Source: an uncultured Bacteroidia bacterium
Lineage (GTDB): Bacteria; Bacteroidota; Bacteroidia; NS11-12g; UBA955
Length of the DNA: 64,000 nucleotides
Direction: 5' to 3'
Assembly: GCA_943789135.1 (NCBI GenBank)
Contig: CALSSY010000004.1
Coordinates: 62,726 to 126,725, forward strand
Positions 10,731-20,694 of the stretch are shown one piece after another. How positions within the stretch are numbered: the stretch's first letter is position 1; each line of letters opens with the position of its first letter. The translations under genes and the position numbers were made by a program. The notes under the pieces are model-generated. The model had not been told where the DNA came from. It did not search any database and was given only the letters and a program-made list of their open reading frames with translations.

Positions 10731-11822
10731 TTGATTTATTTTCGTAATGTGCGTGTATCCGAACTCAAACTTTACCACTTTAAAAACCACAGCGAAAATT
10801 CATGGTCTTTTTGCGATAAGATCAATGCTTTCGCTGGTTTAAATGGAGTTGGCAAAACCAATATTTTGGATGCGCTGTATTATTTAAGTACCACTAAGAG
10901 TTATTTCAATCATAGCGACCAACAACTTATTCTTTTTGGGGAGAAGGAAGCTTCGGTTTTTGCTAAAATTCAAAAAGACCAAGAATATGAAATACTGGGC
11001 AGTTTTGGAGAGACTAGAAAAAAAACTTTCAAAAAAAATGGCAAAGCATACTCTCGATTGGTGGATCATATTGGTTTTTTACAAGCGGTTTTCATAACGC
11101 CCTATGATGTAGATTTGGTATTCGAAGGTTCAGAAGAGAGACGAAAATTCATAGATTTTACAATCAGCCAATTAAACAAAGAATACCTCAACGATCTTTT
11201 AGAATATCGTAAGGTTTTAGACCAACGAAATGCTTTTTTAAAGAGTTTAGAAGGGCGATTGATAGATACACTTTTATTAGAAAGCTTTAATCGTACTTTA
11301 ATACCCGTTGGAACAAGAATTTATGAAAATCGCAAAAAGTTCCTTGCCGATTTTTTGCATATTTTTCAAGAAATTCACGATACTTTGGCTCAATCTGAAA
11401 CAAATGTTTCTTTAAAGTATGAGTCTGGATTAAATGAATCAACATTTGATTTACTTCTAAAAGAAAATTCACAACGTGACGTGTTCGCACAGCGAACTAC
11501 ACAAGGCATTCATAAAGACGATTTAACCTTTGACATCAATGCAATGCCCTTGAAAAAATTCGGATCTCAAGGTCAAATAAAAACATTTGTAGTAGCGCTT
11601 AAGTTGGCTCAATACCAATATTTAAAACGCCAATCCAATGACCTCCCTATCCTTCTTTTGGATGATATTTTCGAGAAAATAGATGCCTCGCGCTCTCAGA
11701 GATTAATGGAAATGGTATGTTCAGAAGATTACGGTCAAATTTTCATTAGTGATACTCACGGACAACGAATTAAAGAACACTTCGAACCTTTTGAAGTGGC
11801 CTTTAAATTATTCGAGTTGTAA
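10731..11822 (+). CDS. recF: DNA replication and repair protein RecF
   Basis: Walker A 'GLNGVGKTNILDA' and an SMC-like signature near the C-terminus. Confidence 0.9.
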   Translation: MIYFRNVRVSELKLYHFKNHSENSWSFCDKINAFAGLNGVGKTNILDALYYLSTTKSYFNHSDQQLILFGEKEASVFAKIQKDQEYEILGSFGETRKKTFKKNGKAYSRLVDHIGFLQAVFITPYDVDLVFEGSEERRKFIDFTISQLNKEYLNDLLEYRKVLDQRNAFLKSLEGRLIDTLLLESFNRTLIPVGTRIYENRKKFLADFLHIFQEIHDTLAQSETNVSLKYESGLNESTFDLLLKENSQRDVFAQRTTQGIHKDDLTFDINAMPLKKFGSQGQIKTFVVALKLAQYQYLKRQSNDLPILLLDDIFEKIDASRSQRLMEMVCSEDYGQIFISDTHGQRIKEHFEPFEVAFKLFEL

Positions 11823-11843
11823 CCAAGAGCCTGCTGAAATTTA

Positions 11844-12965
11844 TCAGTTGAAAATTCCGACCATTAAATCCAAGTCTTTAAAAGGAAGTCCAAATTTTTG
11901 TGCCAGTTGTTTATTGGTTAAACTCCCTTTATACATATAGGTTCCACGCCTTAACCCTTTGTTAATTTTCAAGGCTTCAGCAAATCCGCCTTGGGTTACA
12001 ATTTCTTCCAACATGGGAGTAAAAATATTGCTAAGGGCATAGCTCGCTGTTCGGCTAACACGAGATGGAATATTGGGTACACAATAGTGAATCACATCAT
12101 ACTTTTTGAATACCGGATTTTCGTGAGATGTCAATTGTGATGTTTCGAAATTTCCGCCACGATCAATAGCAATATCGATAACTACTGAATTGGGCTTCAT
12201 TGAGGCTATCATTTCTTTGGTTACCACAACAGGACTTCTGTGGTGTTTACCAGAATAGGCCCCTATCAACACATCCGCCCGTTGAACTGCAGATTGAAGA
12301 GCCTGAGGTTGAATCGTTGATGTGTATATGTGATGACCGAATGACTTTTGTAATCGTCTCAAACGATACACATCATTATCAAAAATTTTAACATTCGCTC
12401 CTAAACCAGTCGCTGCCTTAGTCGCGAACTCTCCTACAGCACCAGCTCCTAAAATCACAACTTGTGTTGGTGGAACACCTGCAAAACCACCAAGTAATTC
12501 ACCTTTACCAATGTGTGTATTATTCAAATATTCCGCAGCTATCATAATTGAAGCCGTTCCAGCTATTTCACTCATTGCTCGAATAAGAGGCAACGCACCC
12601 GATTCATCTTCTATGAATTCATAGGCCATGGCGTGTATCTTTTTATCAAGTAGTTGTTTTAACAATACCCCATCTAATTGATTTATCTGCAATGCCGAAA
12701 TCAGCAGTTGACCTGGCTTCATAAAACCTAACTCCTCAAGTGTGGGAGGATCTATTTTTAAAACAACATCAGAAAGATATACCTCTCGAACATCGTCCGT
12801 TACGATAGCCCCATTTTCACTGTAAGCATGATCTGAAAAATTCGCATTCAAACCACAGCCCGATTGAATAATGATCTCATGCCCCAATCCAACTAAATAG
12901 CCAACTGCCGATGGAGTCAATGGAACACGATTCTCTTGAAAAGTAATTTCTTTAGGAATTCCCAT
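11844..12965 (-). CDS. ald: alanine dehydrogenase; the likely start is the internal Met in 'MGIPKEI' rather than the ORF-track start at 13070
   Basis: AlaDH/PNT N-terminal and NAD-binding domains; 'VVILGAGAVG' Rossmann motif. Confidence 0.85.
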   Translation of the reverse strand: MGIPKEITFQENRVPLTPSAVGYLVGLGHEIIIQSGCGLNANFSDHAYSENGAIVTDDVREVYLSDVVLKIDPPTLEELGFMKPGQLLISALQINQLDGVLLKQLLDKKIHAMAYEFIEDESGALPLIRAMSEIAGTASIMIAAEYLNNTHIGKGELLGGFAGVPPTQVVILGAGAVGEFATKAATGLGANVKIFDNDVYRLRRLQKSFGHHIYTSTIQPQALQSAVQRADVLIGAYSGKHHRSPVVVTKEMIASMKPNSVVIDIAIDRGGNFETSQLTSHENPVFKKYDVIHYCVPNIPSRVSRTASYALSNIFTPMLEEIVTQGGFAEALKINKGLRRGTYMYKGSLTNKQLAQKFGLPFKDLDLMVGIFN

Positions 12966-13216
12966 TCTCAAGGTATGGGCATGCAACTTCTTTTTTTGAA
13001 ATTGGACTTGTGTTTCGGTGGCGGATTGCAACACCGTTGAGGTGTTTGATATTGGGTCATTCATATCCAAACGAGTGTCTAATATTTAATTCAAAGGCAC
13101 AACATTCAATTCAATTATTCGCGCCTTTTCCACAAATATACAACAATTAACACGAGGTAATTGAGCCGCTAAAGTCGGAAAAAACGAGATTCATGTTGTA
13201 AATTGCGATTATTAAA

Positions 13217-14491
13217 ATGATACAATATTTTCAGACCGCCAAACGCTTGTCTATTTTCCTTTTTGGAAGTTTTATTTCAAGCACTGGTTGGGTATATGCA
13301 CAAGCACCAATTCTAAAACCCGATGCAAAAAGCGCAAATAATATTGCCCGTATCGATAGTCTAACACAAAATCTCTATTCGGAAATTCCTTCCCATATCA
13401 CCCCTGATTGGGTTGCTAATGACGAGATTAATGAATCCGTATTCAAGGAAGCTATGAAGATGTTGGGCAGTTCAATACCTTTTGAATACCATGAATTGGT
13501 TGAAGATCAAATTCGATATTTTGCCCGATTAAATCCGAGTTATTACGATCGTTTACACGAGCGAATGAGTTTGTATTTCCCGGTATTCGAGGAAATCCTT
13601 GATAAAAAAGGCTTACCCACCGAACTAAAATATGTTTCGGTAATTGAATCAGCATTGAACCCAAACGCCGTTTCATGGGCAGGTGCAACCGGATTGTGGC
13701 AATTCATGCCCTACACTGGGAAATACATGGGAATGACCATAAACTATTCTTTAGACGAACGCAAAAGCATTGTTACATCTACAGAGAAAGCATGTGAGTA
13801 CTTCTCCAATTCTCAAAGCTTGTTTGACAATTGGCTATTGAGTATTGCATCCTACAATTGCGGTGCTGGGAACGTGCAAAAAGCAATACGCAGAGCCGGT
13901 GGTGGAGATGACAAATCCTTTTGGGACATTCTTCCTTACCTCCCAAAAGAAACACGTTATTATGTGCCAAAATTCATCGCTATGACCTATGTTTTGAATT
14001 TTACGTCTCATGCCAATAGACCTGAATTCAACAATCAAACACAATTCTTGGTTCCAACACGTGTTGATAGCAGTCTGCATTTAGCTAAAATGTGCACTTA
14101 CTTGGCGGGAGATCAAAAATCTGATTTAATGTCGCTCAATTGCGAATTCATCAAACCCAATACGGGCAATGCAACTAACAATACCATTTTATTGCCTTAC
14201 ACCTATAGTATGTGTTTTATGGCTGAAAACGATTCATTGATGAATTATGCAGCTCTTAGTGAGGAAGATCTGAAATCATTACGTTACACCGGTCAAAAAA
14301 ATACACGATACTCAAATTCAAAAGGTCGCGTGCACGTTGTGCGCCGTGGCGAAACATTAAGTCATCTCTCCAACCGATACGGGGTATCGGTAAGAAGTAT
14401 CATGAAAGCAAACGGCCTACGCAATTCACGCATTCGAATCGGGCAACGACTTATAATTGGAGGTTATAAGCATACAAAAAATCATCCTTAA
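13217..14491 (+). CDS. membrane-bound lytic murein transglycosylase (SLT domain) with a C-terminal LysM domain
   Basis: signal peptide; SLT motif 'ESALNPNAVSWAGATGLWQFMP'; C-terminal LysM 'HVVRRGETLSHLSNRYGVSV'. Confidence 0.8.
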   Translation: MIQYFQTAKRLSIFLFGSFISSTGWVYAQAPILKPDAKSANNIARIDSLTQNLYSEIPSHITPDWVANDEINESVFKEAMKMLGSSIPFEYHELVEDQIRYFARLNPSYYDRLHERMSLYFPVFEEILDKKGLPTELKYVSVIESALNPNAVSWAGATGLWQFMPYTGKYMGMTINYSLDERKSIVTSTEKACEYFSNSQSLFDNWLLSIASYNCGAGNVQKAIRRAGGGDDKSFWDILPYLPKETRYYVPKFIAMTYVLNFTSHANRPEFNNQTQFLVPTRVDSSLHLAKMCTYLAGDQKSDLMSLNCEFIKPNTGNATNNTILLPYTYSMCFMAENDSLMNYAALSEEDLKSLRYTGQKNTRYSNSKGRVHVVRRGETLSHLSNRYGVSVRSIMKANGLRNSRIRIGQRLIIGGYKHTKNHP

Positions 14492-14499
14492 TCTCAGGA

Positions 14500-15069
14500 A
14501 TGAAACATATTGTAATTTTTGCATCTGGTTCTGGCAGTAACGCGGAAATAATCATCAATAATTTACACCAAACAAGCTTGGTTGTTGATCGCATATATTG
14601 CAACAATCCAAAAGCTGGTGTTATCCAAAGAGCCGCTAAATATGATATACCCGTTTGTTTGATTTCCAAAGAAGAATGGAATGAGCCAACTGAATCCACT
14701 TGGTATACACTTTTGGAAAAGGGCCGTCCCGATTTAATCGTATTAGCCGGATTTCTTTGGAAGATACCGAATTTTCTTATTGAAAATTTTCCGGAAAAAA
14801 TCATCAATTTACATCCCTCATTGCTTCCCAAATATGGGGGGAAAGGCATGTATGGACTGCACGTACATCAAGCTGTGCTTGATAACCATGATGATTCAAC
14901 AGGAATAACCATACATTACGTGAATTCGGAATACGATGAGGGTGGGATTATTTTCCAAGCTAAAATGGATGTCAATCCTTCAAAAACCGCTGAACACCTA
15001 GCAGAACGAATTCATTTATTGGAGCACGAACATTTCTCCAAAGTGATTGATATCGTGTTAAATAAATAA
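14500..15069 (+). CDS. purN: phosphoribosylglycinamide formyltransferase
   Basis: 'IVIFASGSGSN' N-terminus and formyl-transferase fold; about 190 aa. Confidence 0.85.
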   Translation: MKHIVIFASGSGSNAEIIINNLHQTSLVVDRIYCNNPKAGVIQRAAKYDIPVCLISKEEWNEPTESTWYTLLEKGRPDLIVLAGFLWKIPNFLIENFPEKIINLHPSLLPKYGGKGMYGLHVHQAVLDNHDDSTGITIHYVNSEYDEGGIIFQAKMDVNPSKTAEHLAERIHLLEHEHFSKVIDIVLNK

Positions 15070-15151
15070 TTGATTTCACAAGATTTACCCAAAGAATACA
15101 CACATAAAGCCACACTCAATTTGATGATGTAGTTTTGTAAAGAAGAAAATC

Positions 15152-16303
15152 ATGAAAACATCAAAGCATATCGAAACCAATGTGCTCCATGCGGGCATTG
15201 AGCCAGATCCAAGTACAGGAGCCATTATGACTCCTATTTTTCAAACAAGTACCTATGTGCAATCTGCACCAGGAGAACATAAAGGTTATGAATATGCACG
15301 TACACAAAACCCCACACGAGATGTGTTGCAAAAGAACATTGCAGCATTAGAACAAATGAATCACGGACTGTGTTTCAGCACGGGAATGGGCGCTGTGGAT
15401 GCTTGTATTAAACTATTGTCTCCAGGCGATGAAGTCATAGCCACTAACGATTTATACGGCGGTAGTTACAGAATATTCACTACAATTTTCGCCAAAATGG
15501 GAATTAAATTCCATTTTGTAGATATGAGCAATCCTGATAATGTGAAAGCAGTAATTACGGCCAATACAAAAATGATTTGGGTTGAAACTCCAACAAATCC
15601 ATTGCTCCGAATAATTGATATTGAAGCCGTTTCGGCAATTGGACATGAAGCCAACGCTATCGTTGTAGTTGACAATACATTTTCTTCTCCATATTTACAA
15701 AATCCTTCATTGTGGGGAGCCGATATTGTCATGCATTCGGCAACAAAATATATAAATGGACATAGCGATGTTGTTATGGGTATATTATGTGTGAACGATT
15801 CCGAATTACACCAAAGATTGGCGTTCATTCAAAACACATGCGGTGCGACTCCTGGACCCCAAGATTGTTTCTTGGTATTACGAGGAATTAAAACCCTTCA
15901 TATTAGAATGCAAAGACACTGTGAAAACGGTCGTTCAATCGCAGAATTCCTAAACAATCATCCTAAAGTGGATTTGGTCTATTGGCCAGGTTTTGAATCT
16001 CATCCAAACCATAGCGTAGCTGCCAAACAAATGAGAGATTTCGGCGGTATGATTTCCTTCACATTAAAAGGCGACAATATGGATGATGCTGTTTCGGTGT
16101 TAAAGAAAACTGAACTGTTTTCTTTGGCGGAAAGCTTGGGAGGTGTGGAAAGCCTTATTGGACACCCAGCTTCAATGACCCATGGAAGTATTCCACGTGA
16201 GGAAAGACTTAAGAATGGTTTGAAAGACAGTTTGATTCGATTAAGTGTTGGAATCGAACATATCGACGATTTGATTGAAGATTTGAAACAAGCAATCGGA
16301 TAA
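15152..16303 (+). CDS. PLP-dependent Cys/Met-metabolism enzyme (cystathionine gamma-synthase / beta-lyase family)
   Basis: PLP-lysine motif 'HSATKYINGHSD'; 383 aa. Confidence 0.8.
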   Translation: MKTSKHIETNVLHAGIEPDPSTGAIMTPIFQTSTYVQSAPGEHKGYEYARTQNPTRDVLQKNIAALEQMNHGLCFSTGMGAVDACIKLLSPGDEVIATNDLYGGSYRIFTTIFAKMGIKFHFVDMSNPDNVKAVITANTKMIWVETPTNPLLRIIDIEAVSAIGHEANAIVVVDNTFSSPYLQNPSLWGADIVMHSATKYINGHSDVVMGILCVNDSELHQRLAFIQNTCGATPGPQDCFLVLRGIKTLHIRMQRHCENGRSIAEFLNNHPKVDLVYWPGFESHPNHSVAAKQMRDFGGMISFTLKGDNMDDAVSVLKKTELFSLAESLGGVESLIGHPASMTHGSIPREERLKNGLKDSLIRLSVGIEHIDDLIEDLKQAIG

Positions 16304-16321
16304 ACCTTTATTAAATAAAAG

Positions 16322-16357
16322 AAAAAGGTGTTTGGGTAATCAAACACCTTTTTTTAT
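16322..16357. terminator. bidirectional rho-independent terminator between the convergent metC-like and TIGR02757 genes
   Basis: perfect hairpin 'aaaaaggtgtttg-ggtaat-caaacaccttttt' flanked by A/T runs. Confidence 0.8.
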
Positions 16358-16360
16358 AGA

Positions 16361-17134
16361 TTAAATCTGACTTTTACTTACCCCTATACCAAATAAGGCA
16401 AAATCATATTTAACGGGATCAATTGGATCCAAAAGTCTAAGTGAACAATCTAGTTCCCTTAGTGCTCTAGCATCATTCTGTTTACGGGAAAGCAAACCTA
16501 ATTGACGAGCCACATTACCAGAATGCACGTCTAAAGGACACGATAATTGACTGGGTTGAATAATGTCGTTCCAGATACCTAAATCAACCCCCGAAACATC
16601 TTTTCTAACAAACCACCGCAACATCATATTCAAACGTTTTGCAGCCGAACCTTTAGAGGGGTCCGAAACATGTTTTTCAGACCTTTGAAGGTGGTCCAAT
16701 TCGAAAAACACTTTGCGAAAATTCACAATACATTCATTTAAATACGGCTCGTTTTTTTTACCACCGAACAACCCTTTCATCCCATTATGGTTGATATAAA
16801 TGTTTCTTAAGGATTTGAAAAAATACTGTAAATCGTGTTCGTTGAAGGTGCGATGAACGAAAGGCATTAATATTTCTTGGTGTCTCCATTTACTTTCCAT
16901 CACAAATTCAAAGGGTGAATGACCCATTCTTTCGATGATTTTTCGGGCATTTGATAAAATGGATTTGCGATTCCCCCACGCTATGGTAGCCGCAAAAAAT
17001 CCAGATATTTCCTGATCTTCGGGCAAATCGAACAGATGCGGAATTTGCAACGGGTCAAACTCAATGAACTCAGGCCTTTGAAATTCATAAACTTTTTCAT
17101 CGAGGTACTCTTTCAGAATTGAATCAATCTCCAC
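16361..17134 (-). CDS. TIGR02757 / DUF2400 family conserved hypothetical protein
   Basis: 257-aa ORF of the Bacteroidota-wide conserved type; recalled family assignment. Confidence 0.5.
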   Translation of the reverse strand: MEIDSILKEYLDEKVYEFQRPEFIEFDPLQIPHLFDLPEDQEISGFFAATIAWGNRKSILSNARKIIERMGHSPFEFVMESKWRHQEILMPFVHRTFNEHDLQYFFKSLRNIYINHNGMKGLFGGKKNEPYLNECIVNFRKVFFELDHLQRSEKHVSDPSKGSAAKRLNMMLRWFVRKDVSGVDLGIWNDIIQPSQLSCPLDVHSGNVARQLGLLSRKQNDARALRELDCSLRLLDPIDPVKYDFALFGIGVSKSQI

Positions 17135-17329
17135 CTTACGAACCTAGGATTTTGATATGAAATAGTTGTTCATGTTATCGAAAAAAGTAATTAACAATAT
17201 GAACTAAGCAATTTGAACGTTCCGGGGTATTGGTGGATTTCAAAAATTTCTTCCTTTAGAATCTATAATTTAAATTCTAATGTTAGTGTCTGCGACAAAG
17301 GTCACAGATAAATGTTGTAACTTTGTATC

Positions 17330-17647
17330 ATGGCATTAGAATTTACAAGCAGCAATTTCCAAAACGATGTTTTGGGTTCTGATAAACCCGTATTGGTAGA
17401 CTTTTGGGCGGAATGGTGTGGTCCTTGTCGAATGATTGGCCCAATCGTAGAAGAAATTCATAACGAATATGAAGGCAAAGCCGTTATTGGCAAATTAAAC
17501 GTTGATGAAAATCCCGATATCGCTATGAATTATGGCGTTAGAAGCATCCCTACCTTATTGGTATTTAAAGGTGGCGAAGTGGTTGATAAAATTGTAGGTG
17601 CAGTTCCTAAGCCTGTAATTGCACAGAAAATCGACGCTCAACTTTAA
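17330..17647 (+). CDS. trxA: thioredoxin
   Basis: 'WCGPC' active site; 105 aa. Confidence 0.95.
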   Translation: MALEFTSSNFQNDVLGSDKPVLVDFWAEWCGPCRMIGPIVEEIHNEYEGKAVIGKLNVDENPDIAMNYGVRSIPTLLVFKGGEVVDKIVGAVPKPVIAQKIDAQL

Positions 17648-17665
17648 TCATAACAATTTTTCTAT

Positions 17666-17704
17666 AAAAGGCTACCTGAATCAATGAGGTAGCCTTTTTT
17701 ATTG
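17666..17704 (+). terminator. rho-independent terminator of trxA
   Basis: 'aaaaggctacct-gaatcaatg-aggtagcctttttt'. Confidence 0.8.
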
Positions 17705-17804
17705 GTTCAAAAAGTCGAATTTGACCTTTTAGATTGAATAACTTTATCTGCCTAATAAATCCCTGAAGCATAAGACTTCAGGAACTTTTGATTAAATTTA
17801 GACC

Positions 17805-18710
17805 ATGAAAATCGAAGATGTAATGTCCTATTCAAATCTATCCTTTTTGGCAGAAAAAGCTATGGAGGGATTTGTAACCGGAATTCATCATAGTCCTTTA
17901 CATGGTTTTTCTGTTGAATTTGCCGAACACAGACCCTATAATCAAGGTGAAAATATCAAAAATCTAGATTGGAAATTATTAGCTAAAACCGAAAAAAAAT
18001 ACATCAAGCAATACATTGAAGAAACCAACTTGAGGTGCCATTTCTGGATAGATGGCTCCGGAAGTATGCGATTCCCAGAGAAAACCGAACAAAAACTAAA
18101 ATTCGCATTATTAGCAGCCAGTGGAATGGCTACATTTCTTTCATAAACAGCGCGATGCATTCAGATTTAATGTATACTCTGAAAACGAACTTCTTTGGGA
18201 ATCCGATTTAAAGTCTACTCGCGCACATTTGCATTTTTGTATTGAACAATTAAAACCTCTTTGGGAAGGCAGAAAGAAAGCATCAATCCAATCGGATTTT
18301 GAGTTTAGCTCTTTATTGAAAGGTATAAACGCAGAAACATGATTGTCATACTGAGTGATTTTCTCTTTTTGCCCGACGGCGAACAGGAATCACAATTCTG
18401 GGACACGCTCTCCTATCTGCATTTTCTAAAGTGCGAGGTGTTATTATTGCACATTACAGATCATTCCCAAGAAAGATTTTTAGAACTTGGCGACCAACCA
18501 ATTAAGTTCATAGATTTAGAAACCCAATTGGATGTGAAATTACACCCTTCGGAATATGCCAATATTTTCAAAGAATCGGAATTGAAGCGAATTGCTAATT
18601 TAAAAGACAAAGCAAACAGTCTCGGAGTTCGATATTACGATTGTGATGTATCCGAAGACTTAGAAAATGCTCTACAGTATTTTTATATGGAGCGTCAACG
18701 TTTGACTTAA
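17805..18710 (+). pseudogene. DUF58 (MoxR-associated, vWA-like) protein split into three frames: 17805-18146, 18121-18342 and 18339-18710
   Basis: the three contiguous ORFs carry consecutive DUF58 segments; the '..IVILSDF' motif is in the third. Confidence 0.65.
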
Positions 18711-20065
18711 CGATCGCGCTCAAACATCAATCTTTGTGCATTTATTTCTCTGATTTCACCATTATCCAGACTCAATGTGCCGTTAACCCAAACCTTATCG
18801 ATGGTATGAGCGAAATGCGTATTTTCCAAAGGAGACCATCCACATTTGTATAGTAGTGATTCTTTAGTCACTTGTGTCTGAACGCCCGGATTCACTAAAA
18901 CTAAATCGGCAAAATACCCTTCACGGATGAAACCGCGATCTATCATTTTATAGGCTATTGCAACATTATGTGACATTTTCTCAACTACTTTTTCAATAGT
19001 GATTTTCCCTTGCTTGACTTTTTCAAGCATCAATAGCAATGGATGTTGCACAAGCGGTAAACCGGCATGACAATCCAAATAATTATCTGCAAATTTTTCG
19101 TTTACAGCATGCGGCGCGTGATCGGTTGCAATAACATCCAAACGATCGTCAAGAAGTGCATCCCATAGCGCATCTTGATCCGATTGCTTTTTTATTGCTG
19201 GATTGCATTTGATCTGATTATTATATTGTGCATAATCGGCATCAGAAAAATGCAGATGATGCACACAAACCTCAGATGTTATACGTTTTTCAGTTAATGG
19301 AATATCGTTTCTAAATAAATGCGTTTCGATTTCTGAAGTAATATGTAAAATATGCAACCGACTATGATATTTACGAGCAAGTTCAACCGCCAATGATGAA
19401 CTCAAATAACAAGCGGTAGCATCACGAATTATTGGATGTTCTGACGGAGGAATTCCATTAGGGAAGCGATTCTTGGCATCCTCTAATCTCGCTTTAACAC
19501 GTGTTTCACATTCACAATGAGTAGCTATTAAGGTTGGAACATCTCGAAACATTGCTTCCAATACAGGAGCGTCATCAACCAACATATTACCGGTACTGCT
19601 TCCCATGAATATTTTAACCCCACATACATTTTCCGTGTTGATTTGTTTTAAAACATCTAGATTTTGATTGGTACCACCTAGATAAAACGAATAGTTCACC
19701 GCTGATTTTGCTGCACCGATTTGATATTTAGCTTCTAGCTTTTCAAAATCTGTAGTTTGAGGAACCACATTAGGCATTTCCATATACGATGTAACACCTC
19801 CATGCAATGCAGCACGACTTTCGGTATAAATTTCCGCTTTATGGGTTAAACCAGGTTCGCGAAAATGAACTTGATCATCAATTACACCTGGCATTAAAAA
19901 CATCCCTTTGGCATCAACGACATGCACATCACCTTTGACTTCTATAGAACTAGCAATTTTCTCAATACGCTCTCCAACAATCAAGACATCAACGGCCGTT
20001 ATTTTTCCTTCATTGACAACTTGGGCATTTTTAATTATTGTTTTTTTCATGTTAATCAGATTCAA
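18707..20065 (-). CDS. dihydroorotase-like cyclic amidohydrolase
   Basis: 'GVIDDQVHFREPG' metal-binding region, and the amidohydrolase fold; 452 aa. Confidence 0.7.
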   Translation of the reverse strand: MNLINMKKTIIKNAQVVNEGKITAVDVLIVGERIEKIASSIEVKGDVHVVDAKGMFLMPGVIDDQVHFREPGLTHKAEIYTESRAALHGGVTSYMEMPNVVPQTTDFEKLEAKYQIGAAKSAVNYSFYLGGTNQNLDVLKQINTENVCGVKIFMGSSTGNMLVDDAPVLEAMFRDVPTLIATHCECETRVKARLEDAKNRFPNGIPPSEHPIIRDATACYLSSSLAVELARKYHSRLHILHITSEIETHLFRNDIPLTEKRITSEVCVHHLHFSDADYAQYNNQIKCNPAIKKQSDQDALWDALLDDRLDVIATDHAPHAVNEKFADNYLDCHAGLPLVQHPLLLMLEKVKQGKITIEKVVEKMSHNVAIAYKMIDRGFIREGYFADLVLVNPGVQTQVTKESLLYKCGWSPLENTHFAHTIDKVWVNGTLSLDNGEIREINAQRLMFERDR

Positions 20066-20268
20066 ATTTACTAAATAGAAGTCGGTCTCATTTTCCTAAT
20101 TTTTTCGGAAAATACCTTTGAAAAGTATCTACTCACAAAACAAATGGGCTTTTTACCAAATCAAATGAAATCGAATGTAAGTTGTTAGTAATTTTACTAA
20201 ACGATTGATTAGCGAGTATTAAATTTTATCGGCTAAACATTCCGCAAACAACTTTTTAACTGTTATTT

Positions 20269-20670
20269 ATGAATACAGACCACTTGAACGAAGAGGAATT
20301 GGCACACCTAATAATCGGAAAATCGATTGAAATACATAAACTTATTGGTCCCGGATTGGATAAATCTTGCTATTTCGAATGCATGAAATGGGAATTGGAA
20401 CAGGAAGGTATTAACTTCCAATCGGATATCGAATTCGACATTATCTACAAAGGGCAAATTCTGGAGAAAACCAATAACATTGATTTCATCATAGCTGATT
20501 CTGTGATTTTTAATATGGTAGCATCGAGTGAAATCCCCGAATCAGAAGTTCAGCGCACTTTAAAAATAGTCAGAAATAACAATTATCGTTTGGGATTGGT
20601 CATAAATTTCCATTCAACATTGCTTAAAAATGGTATCCGTCGCGTAAGCAATAATAAACAAGCTAATTAA
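20269..20670 (+). CDS. GxxExxY family protein
   Basis: 'GPGLDKSCYFECMKWELEQEGINF' plus a C-terminal 'GLVINFHSTLLKNGIRR' matches the GxxExxY pattern. Confidence 0.7.
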   Translation: MNTDHLNEEELAHLIIGKSIEIHKLIGPGLDKSCYFECMKWELEQEGINFQSDIEFDIIYKGQILEKTNNIDFIIADSVIFNMVASSEIPESEVQRTLKIVRNNNYRLGLVINFHSTLLKNGIRRVSNNKQAN

Positions 20671-20694
20671 TCGAACGAGAAATAAGGCGGCTTT

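Noticed and set aside
15069-15151. Possible SAM or other riboswitch in front of the metC-like gene
   Set aside because: The leader is only 83 nt with no evident conserved riboswitch stems, which is too short for SAM-I and shows no SAM-II-like pseudoknot motif I could recognise.
17315-17322. 'taactttg' (TAnnTTTG, a Bacteroidota -7 box) 7 nt upstream of the trxA ATG; a similar 'tatttttg' sits at 31093-31100 before fumC
   Set aside because: Both match the phylum -7 consensus, but their position immediately before the start codon would imply leaderless mRNAs. Without TSS data I did not list them as features.
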